A DNA stretch of 64,000 nt from an uncultured virus (IMG/VR IMGVR_UViG_3300012041_000001) (taxonomy: Duplodnaviria; Heunggongvirae; Uroviricota; Caudoviricetes). Position 1 is the first letter of the stretch; each line of letters opens with the position of its first letter. The DNA lies in the IMG/VR virus record IMGVR_UViG_3300012041_000001. One strand, given 5' to 3'. The notes below the pieces were generated by a model. It was not told the DNA's origin and did no database searches. It saw nothing but the letters and a program-made list of their open reading frames with translations. Of this stretch, positions 1 to 8,801 are shown piece by piece. The position numbers and the translations under genes were made by a program.

Positions 1-1
1 A

Positions 2-3000
2 GGAAGAAATACTGCAGCAGTTGGAGTTCCTGAAGTACTTAGTATAGCTACAGCTAAAACAATGCTTAACCTTTCAGGTAATAATACTGGAGATCAAACA
101 ATCACTTTAACAGGAGATGTAACAGGTAGTGGTACAGGTAGCTTTGCTGCAACATTATCAAACACTGGTGTTACAGCAAATACATATAACAATGTAACTG
201 TTGATGCTAAAGGACGTGTAACAGCTGGTTCAAATGTAGCCTATGGTACAGGTACTGTAACCTCTGTTACTGGTTCAGGTACAATTGCAGGTATAACATT
301 AACTCAAGGAGGAACTGCTGCTGCTATAACATTAACTCTAACTGGTGCTTTAGTTGCAACAGGGGCTGCCTTTGGTTCTAAAACAGCTACATATGTTCTT
401 GCTGCTCCTACTGCATCAGCTGGTACTCCTGATTTTAGACCACTTGTTGCTGCAGATATACCAACACTGGCTCCTATAAATTCACCAACATTTACTGGAG
501 TACCATTATCAACTACTCCTACAGCAGGAGACAGTAGTACTAAGATAGCTACTACTGCTTTTGTGGCAGCAGCTATTACTACAGCTGGAGGTATCACATT
601 TGCTTCTGCTATTCCTACTTTTACAGCAGGACCAAATTCAACAGTAGTAACTGGAGATACTCTTGAGGTTGGACTTGAAAAACTACAAGGGCAAATAGAT
701 AACAAACAGGCATTAGACAGTACTTTAACAGAACTCGCTAAATTGGCTTGGGTTTCTGGTACCCCTTTTGTTAAAATGAATTCTGATAGTACTTTTTCAT
801 TAGACACTAATACTTATTTTATAGTTACAAGTCAATCACCTAATCAAATTTATGCAGGGCCTGCTTCTGGATCTGGTACACCTTTATTTAGAACTATGGT
901 TACTGCAGATATTGCTAATAACATAGTAACACTTGCTAAACTTGCTACTATAGCTACAAACAGAATATTAGGTAGAGTAACTGCTAGTACAGGCAATGTT
1001 GAAGTATTAACTCCAGCTAATGTTTTAACAATATTAGGAGCTACAACAACAGGAACTGCTTTACTTACTGCTCCTGCTAATACTTTAACTAATAAATTTC
1101 TACAAGTAAATGTTGATAGCACTGTTACCTGGAATGCTGCTCCTGCTCAAAGAACAGCTCTTGGTGCAACTACACTTGGTGCTAATATCTTTACCTCCCC
1201 TAATATCACCCTATCTGATAAGTTTCCAAGAGCAAACTATCTCGATAATACAGTGAGTTGGTTAGATGCTGCAGCAATGAGAGTAGCTCTTGGTGTAGGT
1301 ACAGGTACAGGTAGTGTAACTTATGTGGATGCATTAGCAATAGATTCTGTTGGAACAGATATAACATCAAGTGTTGCTAATCCTACCACTACACCAGTAA
1401 TAACACTTAATATCCCAGATGCATCAGTATCAAGCAGAGGAGCATTAACTTCAACTGATTGGTCAACTTTTAATAATAAACAAGAAATATTAGATGGCAC
1501 AGGAGTAGTTAAATCTGCTGCTGGTACTATAGAATATTTGGTAGACACAACAGTAGGTAGAAATATTTTAACTTCTACTGATCCTACAGCTATTACTTTT
1601 TTAAGAGCTAATGCAGATAATACTGTATCATGGCTGACTGCTTCTGCTTTTAGAACTGCCATTGGTGCTGGTACAAGTAGTACATCAGGTACTGTAACCT
1701 CTGTTGGATTAGCTTTACCAAGTATATTTACTATTACAGTTTCCCCTATCTCATCCTCAGGAACATTGACTGCAACCTTAGCAACACAAACAGCTAATAC
1801 AATTTTTGCAGGACCTACAGCTGGAGGAGCACTTGTTCCAACTTTTAGAGCTATGGTGTCTGCAGATATACCTAGCTCAGTAGCACTTGCAGGAAGTCCA
1901 ACAACTACTACCCAAACAACAGGAGATAATAGTACTAAGATTGCTACCACTGCCTTTGTAGCAAATGCTATGGGTAGTTTTGTAACTTTAGGTACTGCTC
2001 AAACAATTACTGCAATTAAGACCTTCTCTACTTATACAGAGATGACTGGTATACTGTTACCTGCTACTGATTTTACAATTGCTTCAGCAACAAGACCTTC
2101 TATTGGCTCCAGCCCTACTCATGATGTGACAATAAGATCAGGCAATACCTTATCAAGCACTGCTGTTGCAGAACTAGATACTTCTTTATTAACAGTAAAC
2201 AGAAAATATACTTTTCAAAATGGTAGTGGTACTCTTGCTTTTACTTCAGATATACCAGCAGGTACAGGAGGTACTGTAACATCAGTTGGAGTTACTACTC
2301 CTATAGGAACTGCAGGTACTGCTCCAGCCTGGTCTGTAAGCCAAGCTAGTCCAGCTCCAGTAATTACATTAAATATACCAATGGCCAGTGCTACTGGTGT
2401 TACTGCAGGATTACTGTCCAAAACTGATTATGATACCTTTAATGGTAAAATCAACTTTGCTTCTACCATCACTGGTTTTGCAGTAGGATCAAATACAACT
2501 GTGACAAGTTCAGACAGTTTAGAAGTTGCTATTGAGAAATTACAAGGGCAAGTAAATGCTAGACAAGCTACAATAACTAATCCTGTAACAGGATTAGGAA
2601 CAGGAGTTAATGGTACTATACCAAAATGGACTGGAGCAAATTCATTAGGTAACAGTGTCCTGTCTGAAACTGCTTCTCTTTTAACTTCCACACTTGATAT
2701 GACTATCAATAGTGTGAGAACAGGTAGAGGTATCAGTAGTAGTAATGCCAACAATACAGTATTTGGTGCACTTGCTTTAAACTTATGTACTGGTTGTGGT
2801 AATAGCACAGCAATTGGTTATGGTACTTTAGCAGCTGTTGTCAGTGCTAGTGAAAATACTGCTCTTGGTAACAATGCATTGGGTGCCAATATAGCCTGTT
2901 GTAACATAGCAATTGGACATCAGACCCTTACTGGTATTAATAATGCTGCATCCATAGAAAATGTTGCTATTGGAAATCAAGCTGGATATCAAACAATTAC

Positions 3001-4141
3001 TAGTGCAGTTAATACAAATTCTATTAAAAGTGTTTATATAGGTCATGCTATAAGAACTGCTGCAATAGGTAGTGATAATGAAATAGTAATAGGAAATAGA
3101 GCAGATGGTGCTGGTACAAATAGTGTTACATTAGGAAATGCAAGTATACTAAAAACTATTTTAAGAGGTAGAACACTTATAAATGGTGCAGTTGATTCTA
3201 CAACTCATGCTTTACAGGTTCTTGGAACAGCTAATGCTGGAGTAATGACTATTGATATGCCAGCTGTAACTAATAACCCACCAGCTGGAGTTCCTGATGC
3301 TCTTTTTATAACTGTAAGAGGACACAATGGTGCCTCAACGAATTATACCTCAGGAATAGGTGTTGTTATAGGTGGAAATCGTTCTGGTGGAATTTATGTA
3401 GCAAACTCTGCCTCATCAGCAGACTCAACCAATTCATTTGCTGTTGATGTAGAATTTAAGGCTAACTCAACTAGCAATACTGCTTTTAGAGTAAGAAAAG
3501 GAACCACAGTTGTCTCCAGCATATTAGATTCAGGGGCTGCTTTCTTTGAGCAACTGAGATACACAAGAGGAATTGAAAATACTTCTAATGCAGATACTAT
3601 TCTTGATGCTGGTTTTTATCTTGTAGATAATGCTTCTATTACTCTTAATCTTCCTGGTGGAGGATGGTGGTATCTTACAGTTGAAAGACATACTACAAAT
3701 AATTATGTCCACCAGACAGCAACATCATTTGGAGCAGGCAATACAGCAAATCAAGTATTCACAAGAGTTCTTAATGGTGGTGTATGGACAGCATGGGTAC
3801 AAGTAGTAACTCAACCAAATGGAATGAAAGTATGGAGAGGAACAATAACACAATCTTCAACAGGTAATCCAACTGTAGTTGAATTTGAAAATACTTTTGG
3901 AGGAACAATTTCTTGGACAAGAACTGGTACAACAGGTTCTTATTTAGGTACATTAACAGGTATGTTTTCAGGCTCAAAAGGCTGGGTTCAGTGTACTCCT
4001 GGACTAACTAATGGAGTTATTCGTGCATACAGAACTACAGGTAGTCAAAATTCAATTACAATTCTTACAGCAACTGCCACTGGAACAGCATCTGATGGTA
4101 TTTTAAATGAATCATCAATTGAAATAAGATCATACCTATAA
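2..4141 (+). CDS. Long tail fibre / receptor-binding protein (5' end lies outside the window)
   Basis: The frame is open from base 2 (GRNTAAVGVPEVLS...). The protein is Gly/Thr/Ala-rich with recurring fibre modules (PxFRxxVxADI x3, GDxSTKIATTAFV x2, LEVxxEKLQGQ x2), an NTAxG beta-helix-like stretch and a C-terminal knob-like domain (GFY...WWYLTV...WTAW). Confidence 0.85.
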   Translation, partial: GRNTAAVGVPEVLSIATAKTMLNLSGNNTGDQTITLTGDVTGSGTGSFAATLSNTGVTANTYNNVTVDAKGRVTAGSNVAYGTGTVTSVTGSGTIAGITLTQGGTAAAITLTLTGALVATGAAFGSKTATYVLAAPTASAGTPDFRPLVAADIPTLAPINSPTFTGVPLSTTPTAGDSSTKIATTAFVAAAITTAGGITFASAIPTFTAGPNSTVVTGDTLEVGLEKLQGQIDNKQALDSTLTELAKLAWVSGTPFVKMNSDSTFSLDTNTYFIVTSQSPNQIYAGPASGSGTPLFRTMVTADIANNIVTLAKLATIATNRILGRVTASTGNVEVLTPANVLTILGATTTGTALLTAPANTLTNKFLQVNVDSTVTWNAAPAQRTALGATTLGANIFTSPNITLSDKFPRANYLDNTVSWLDAAAMRVALGVGTGTGSVTYVDALAIDSVGTDITSSVANPTTTPVITLNIPDASVSSRGALTSTDWSTFNNKQEILDGTGVVKSAAGTIEYLVDTTVGRNILTSTDPTAITFLRANADNTVSWLTASAFRTAIGAGTSSTSGTVTSVGLALPSIFTITVSPISSSGTLTATLATQTANTIFAGPTAGGALVPTFRAMVSADIPSSVALAGSPTTTTQTTGDNSTKIATTAFVANAMGSFVTLGTAQTITAIKTFSTYTEMTGILLPATDFTIASATRPSIGSSPTHDVTIRSGNTLSSTAVAELDTSLLTVNRKYTFQNGSGTLAFTSDIPAGTGGTVTSVGVTTPIGTAGTAPAWSVSQASPAPVITLNIPMASATGVTAGLLSKTDYDTFNGKINFASTITGFAVGSNTTVTSSDSLEVAIEKLQGQVNARQATITNPVTGLGTGVNGTIPKWTGANSLGNSVLSETASLLTSTLDMTINSVRTGRGISSSNANNTVFGALALNLCTGCGNSTAIGYGTLAAVVSASENTALGNNALGANIACCNIAIGHQTLTGINNAASIENVAIGNQAGYQTITSAVNTNSIKSVYIGHAIRTAAIGSDNEIVIGNRADGAGTNSVTLGNASILKTILRGRTLINGAVDSTTHALQVLGTANAGVMTIDMPAVTNNPPAGVPDALFITVRGHNGASTNYTSGIGVVIGGNRSGGIYVANSASSADSTNSFAVDVEFKANSTSNTAFRVRKGTTVVSSILDSGAAFFEQLRYTRGIENTSNADTILDAGFYLVDNASITLNLPGGGWWYLTVERHTTNNYVHQTATSFGAGNTANQVFTRVLNGGVWTAWVQVVTQPNGMKVWRGTITQSSTGNPTVVEFENTFGGTISWTRTGTTGSYLGTLTGMFSGSKGWVQCTPGLTNGVIRAYRTTGSQNSITILTATATGTASDGILNESSIEIRSYL

Positions 4142-4161
4142 CAATTTAAAAAATAATAATC

Positions 4162-6210
4162 ATGGGCATACCTAACAAACAAATAGGATGGAGTCAGGAA
4201 AGTAACCTGCTCTGGGAAGTCTCCAAAGAATTACAACGCTTACAAAGTATTCTTGGTAGTGGTAGTTTGAATACTTTTAAAAGCTTAACTGTTCTTGGTA
4301 CTTCTGGACCAGCATCTCTCACAGATGGTGTGTTAAACATTCCTATATATACAGCAGGAGGTGGGGGTGGTGCGCTTGGTACAGCTTCAAATGGTTTATC
4401 TGTAGCACCAGCAGGTAATGTTATATTGGGAGGGCCACTCACTGGTAATACAACTATTACTGTAGGAGCTTTTCTTTTAGCACTTACAGGTAACTCACCT
4501 ACATCTATACTAAGAGTTACAAACAGCAGTGCTACTACTGGATCACATGGTATTCAAGGAGTATCTGGTGGTACAAATAGCTATGGTATTTCTGGAGTGA
4601 ATACTGGAAGTGGGGTAGGGGTGTATGCAGAAAGTTTTACAGGTACTGCAATAAGAGCAGTGTCACAGCAAGGTAATATTATACTTGATGGAACAATTAC
4701 TCCTGCTAATAATAGCACTGTTCTGCCAATGATAAGACTATTCAGAGATTCATCAGGTGCAGGAGCTGTAAATGGGATAGGATCAAGTATTGATTTTTAT
4801 CACAAAGTAGATATTGGAAATACTGTAATTGCAAATAGATTAATATCAAGATGGACTAATACTATAAGTTCTCAAAGAACTTCTGAAATCTCTTTCACTG
4901 GCTATTATAATGCTGGACTTAGAGATTTGATTACTCTGGCAGGAAGTGGATTAGTAAGACTAAATCAGTATGGTGTTAGTCAACCTGCAGGAACTGTAGA
5001 TGTCTCTGCATTTGCTTTAAATATAGATGCTTTAGGTAATGTCCTTCAGGTACCTATTCCAAGCACTGATTTAGGATATCTAGGAACTCCTTTTAGTGGA
5101 ACAATAACAAGTAGTAGTGGTGATGATACACCAATTCCTATTGCAAGTCAATTTATAGCAGGATTAATGTCTGCTCAACTTTTTAATAAATTGAATTCCT
5201 TTGTAGACACTAATTATGTACACAGAACAGGAGATGAACCTATTGCTGGTATCAAAACATTCAGTTCTATTCCAGTTGCTCCAGGATATTCTATTACAGG
5301 AGGGGGAGCGCCTAACAGAGTGTTACTATCAGATGGTGGTACAGCAAGCTTTGTAGAAGTAACATCAGGTGGACAGACAGAGGTATTCTCATGGAAATAT
5401 GAAACAAATCTAGCAGCAACAGATCCTGGAAATGGTAACTTTAGAGGAAACAATGCTGTAGGTAGTGCAATAACACAACTTTATGTGGATGATTTAACAT
5501 CTGTTGTAATAGCAGATATATCAGCTATGTTTGCTAAAGTGAAAGGAGATTGGCTTATTCATATCCAACAAACAAATGATGCTACAAGATATATACAGTT
5601 TAATACATCTACAGTATATGTAGACAATATTGGATGGTGGACATTACCTGTTACTTATATACAAGGTAGTGGTTTTCCTTTTACTAATGGACAAGCATGT
5701 ACTTTTGTTTTTGTTAATCAAAATGCTGGAGCACCTCCTGCCACAACTATATTTTCACTGGTAGACTACAACATACCACCTACACCTGGTCTTAAGAAGT
5801 CTTTCAATACATTTATTGATACAGTTGATCTTGATGTAGGTGTATATAAATTTGAATGGTTATTTGGAGCAAGAAATCTTAGTGTGGTTCAGTCTGAACT
5901 GTCAATTGGTTTCTTAGGCACAGCTGCTGTCACTCCTAATAACATCAAGTTTTCGTGCAACGCACTCAAAGCAAATGATGTTGGTTCTCCAACAGCCTCC
6001 ACTCAATCTTTTCAAAAAGGATTATTGAGTAGTGAATATATTATAACAGATAAGAATAATAGAAGCTCTGCAGCTTTTGCAATACAGGGGACTATACGTA
6101 TCTTTGTACCTGGTACACTTACTCCAGCAATATCTAGTGCTGGTTTGAATTCAGGTACAGCCATAATTGAAGATAGACAATTTTTTCAAATAACAAAATT
6201 CAATATATAA
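4162..6210 (+). CDS. Virion fibre/appendage protein with N-terminal NKQIGWSQE module
   Basis: 682 aa, Gly-rich fibre-type segments (YVHRTGDEPIAGIKTFSS). N-terminus shared with the ORFs at 6210 and 6991. Confidence 0.7.
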   Translation: MGIPNKQIGWSQESNLLWEVSKELQRLQSILGSGSLNTFKSLTVLGTSGPASLTDGVLNIPIYTAGGGGGALGTASNGLSVAPAGNVILGGPLTGNTTITVGAFLLALTGNSPTSILRVTNSSATTGSHGIQGVSGGTNSYGISGVNTGSGVGVYAESFTGTAIRAVSQQGNIILDGTITPANNSTVLPMIRLFRDSSGAGAVNGIGSSIDFYHKVDIGNTVIANRLISRWTNTISSQRTSEISFTGYYNAGLRDLITLAGSGLVRLNQYGVSQPAGTVDVSAFALNIDALGNVLQVPIPSTDLGYLGTPFSGTITSSSGDDTPIPIASQFIAGLMSAQLFNKLNSFVDTNYVHRTGDEPIAGIKTFSSIPVAPGYSITGGGAPNRVLLSDGGTASFVEVTSGGQTEVFSWKYETNLAATDPGNGNFRGNNAVGSAITQLYVDDLTSVVIADISAMFAKVKGDWLIHIQQTNDATRYIQFNTSTVYVDNIGWWTLPVTYIQGSGFPFTNGQACTFVFVNQNAGAPPATTIFSLVDYNIPPTPGLKKSFNTFIDTVDLDVGVYKFEWLFGARNLSVVQSELSIGFLGTAAVTPNNIKFSCNALKANDVGSPTASTQSFQKGLLSSEYIITDKNNRSSAAFAIQGTIRIFVPGTLTPAISSAGLNSGTAIIEDRQFFQITKFNI

Positions 6211-6959
6211 TGACTGCAAATAAACAAATAGGATGGAGCCAAGAGGCTATCTTGCTCCATGGCGTCTCTAAACAACTAGAGCGTCTCGCTAGCATCATAG
6301 GTGCTAGTGGTGGTGGAGGAGGTACAACAATCCCCACAGACTTGACATATACTGCAAGTGCTACTAATGGTTTACTAACCAGTAGTACAGGAGTTCTTTC
6401 TCCTGCTACAATTCCTTTGGTAACAGGAAGTTTGGCTGGGTTAATGTCTCCTACAAGTTTCAATAAACTTGCAGCTCTACCAGCAACTGTACCAGTTACT
6501 ACTGTATATACTTTGTCAGCTCTTATGTCAAGTATTGTTACTAATAGGGTGGCAGTACCTGGATGGTCCTTTCCTGTGACTGCAGGCAAGAAATATAAAA
6601 TAGAGATATCTGCACTCTACCAGACTGCTGCAGCTACTACTGGAGGAAGCATAGGTGTTGTTCTAACTTCAGGAACTGGTACAATACAAGGTTATTTGGA
6701 AGGAGATGTGTCTACAGCTGCTGCAGTAGCAACAGGATTGAGAGGAACTATATCAGCTATAAGTAGTAGTAATGGTTTAGCAGGTAGTTCTATATTCACA
6801 ACAGGTTCTGCTTCAATTAATACACCTACCTATATGGGTGGTATACTTACTTTTACATGTATTACTTCTGGTCAGTTTGAGGTTCAGTTTGCTACTGAGA
6901 TAGTATCTAGTGCTGCTCAACTAAACGCAGGCAGTATAATGATAGTGACAGAATATTAA
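6210..6959 (+). CDS. Virion appendage protein with NKQIGWSQE module
   Basis: 249 aa. Same N-terminal module and a TDLxY...AGLMS..FNKL module also present in 4162..6210. Beta-rich C-terminal domain. Confidence 0.7.
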   Translation: MTANKQIGWSQEAILLHGVSKQLERLASIIGASGGGGGTTIPTDLTYTASATNGLLTSSTGVLSPATIPLVTGSLAGLMSPTSFNKLAALPATVPVTTVYTLSALMSSIVTNRVAVPGWSFPVTAGKKYKIEISALYQTAAATTGGSIGVVLTSGTGTIQGYLEGDVSTAAAVATGLRGTISAISSSNGLAGSSIFTTGSASINTPTYMGGILTFTCITSGQFEVQFATEIVSSAAQLNAGSIMIVTEY

Positions 6960-6960
6960 T

Positions 6961-6968
6961 TATCTTTG
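6961..6968 (+). promoter_or_regulatory. Bacteroidota sigma70-type -7 element (TATCTTTG)
   Basis: Matches TAnnTTTG in the intergenic gap 22 nt before ATG 6991. No clear -33 element. Confidence 0.5.
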
Positions 6969-6990
6969 TATAACTTAACAAATTAGAATC

Positions 6991-7128
6991 ATGCACTATC
7001 CAAATAAACAGATAGGCTGGAGCCAGGAGTCAATACTACTCCAGCAAATTATAAAGCAATTAGTTAGAATTAATAATCTTGCTGGAGGAGGTGGTACGCC
7101 TGCTACTACTACTAGTACAACTACATAA
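6991..7128 (+). CDS. 45-aa protein: NKQIGWSQE module plus Thr-rich tail (not in ORF track)
   Basis: Translates as MHYPNKQIGWSQESILLQQIIKQLVRINNLAGGGGTPATTTSTTT*, a clear paralogue of the two upstream N-termini. Confidence 0.85.
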   Translation: MHYPNKQIGWSQESILLQQIIKQLVRINNLAGGGGTPATTTSTTT

Positions 7129-7149
7129 GTAATTTAAAACCAACTACAT

Positions 7150-8166
7150 ATGAGAGAATTAGCATTTATAACTGTATGTCCAGATGATCCTTACTATACA
7201 TGGCAGGTTCATTTGTGGCTAGAGAGTTTAAGAGAAATTGGGCAATCAGATAAAGCTGTGGCCCTAATATTTACCCCTAATTATAGGGAGCAGAACCCAA
7301 AGTGGAAGCAGGTAGTAGATTTATATCCTGAAGCCACATTCAAATTTTATAAAGATGAAGATGATGTTACCTCTCTTATTGGTATTTATATCCCTGTGTT
7401 GCGACCTTACACGATGTGGAAGTTCCTAAGAGAGCATCCCCAATACAGTAGTAAAGCAATATTCTATTGTGATAGTGATATATTATTCACAAAAGATTTT
7501 AATGTGGATAAATACTTAGATGATGATGTGCATTATCTATCAGATACAAATAGTTATATTAATGCTACATATTTTGACAGTAAGGTAAGAGATGTTATCC
7601 CTGAAAAGCTGGAAGAATATAAGGCTAGAGATATTCTCGCTGAACTAACCAGTCTAATAGGAATAGATAGAGCTACTTGTGAAGCAAACAATGATCACTC
7701 AGGAGGAGCACAATACTTATTAAAGAATATGGACAGTGCCTTTTGGTCTAAAGTAATGAATGATTGCATTTTGATACGCACATATCTTCAGAAGATTAAT
7801 AGAGAATTTTTCCTGTCTGAGGATGCTGGTTTCCAGAGTTGGTGTGCTGACATGTGGGCTGTTCTATGGAACCTCTGGTTAAGAAACCAGAAGACCATGG
7901 TTATACCTGAATTAAATTTTGCTTGGTCTACTGACCCTATAGATAAACTGGAAACTACTACTATCATGCACAATGCAGGTATAGTATCAGAAACAGGTAA
8001 TGGTTATCCTGCCTTCTATAAAGGAAAGTATCATATGGGAGCTAATCCTATGCTTGATACACAGATAGATACAGTATTACAAAACGAAAACTCTCAAAAA
8101 TATTGCACTTGGTTCTATGCAAAAAAATTAAAAGAACTAAACGAGAAGTATAAATTAGTATATTAA
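7150..8166 (+). CDS. Putative GT-A fold glycosyltransferase, resembling protein O-glycosyltransferases (HPAT/SGT1-like)
   Basis: YYTWQ near the N-terminus, DxD motif (YCDSDILF), WCADMW motif and a late IMHNAG His. No signal peptide. Confidence 0.65.
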   Translation: MRELAFITVCPDDPYYTWQVHLWLESLREIGQSDKAVALIFTPNYREQNPKWKQVVDLYPEATFKFYKDEDDVTSLIGIYIPVLRPYTMWKFLREHPQYSSKAIFYCDSDILFTKDFNVDKYLDDDVHYLSDTNSYINATYFDSKVRDVIPEKLEEYKARDILAELTSLIGIDRATCEANNDHSGGAQYLLKNMDSAFWSKVMNDCILIRTYLQKINREFFLSEDAGFQSWCADMWAVLWNLWLRNQKTMVIPELNFAWSTDPIDKLETTTIMHNAGIVSETGNGYPAFYKGKYHMGANPMLDTQIDTVLQNENSQKYCTWFYAKKLKELNEKYKLVY

Positions 8167-8184
8167 CCCTAAAACAATTTTATT

Positions 8185-8385
8185 ATGTTCAATAATCTTA
8201 ATAAGAAAGACTTAAAAGCTTTTGTCAGAATCGATGGTACTGGCAGAGTTGTTGCAGGTAGCTTAATCCTAAGAAAAAATAAGCCCAAAGTAGGTAAATG
8301 GAGAGAGATTCCAGCACATGAGTGTTGTCCACCACCAACTACTGCTGCTCCTGCAACTACCACAACAACCACTAGCGCAGCTTAA
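8185..8385 (+). CDS. Small protein with CC plus Pro/Thr-rich C-terminal tail
   Basis: 66 aa ending ECCPPPTTAAPATTTTTTSAA. Confidence 0.7.
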   Translation: MFNNLNKKDLKAFVRIDGTGRVVAGSLILRKNKPKVGKWREIPAHECCPPPTTAAPATTTTTTSAA

Positions 8386-8390
8386 TCATC

Positions 8391-8801
8391 ATGGCACACG
8401 AATCTATTTTTCCACAGTCTATGATGGATAATGCAGAAATGTCCTTGGAAAGTGTGGCAGCTAAGCTGACATATTTTCAAGTACAACTGCAATTTCTACA
8501 TTGGCAGACTCATAGTTTTGCTGAACATCAGGCACTTGGGGGGCTCTATGACTTTGTAGGGAAACTAAAGGATGAGATAGTTGAGAAACTAATGGGCTAT
8601 GCAAATAGAAGAGTAGGCAACTTTAGGCTAGAAGCTATTTCTAGTGGAGAAAGTTCATCGACTGTAGTTAATTCACTTGTTACTTTTGCCTATAACTTAA
8701 TTGAATGGGCAGGAGAAAATCATTATTGTGACATTGAGAACCTGGCTCAATCTCTTTCTGGAGAGGCAGCTAAAACCAAGTATTTATTGACATTAACGTA
8801 A
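8391..8801 (+). CDS. Ferritin/Dps-like four-helix protein
   Basis: HWQT..FAEH.ALG.LYD....DEIVE pattern typical of Dps-like phage proteins. Confidence 0.75.
   Translation: MAHESIFPQSMMDNAEMSLESVAAKLTYFQVQLQFLHWQTHSFAEHQALGGLYDFVGKLKDEIVEKLMGYANRRVGNFRLEAISSGESSSTVVNSLVTFAYNLIEWAGENHYCDIENLAQSLSGEAAKTKYLLTLT

Noticed and set aside
304..6589. Many - strand ORFs inside the fibre genes
   Set aside because: Antisense shadows of Thr/Ala/Gly-rich codons with no independent signals.
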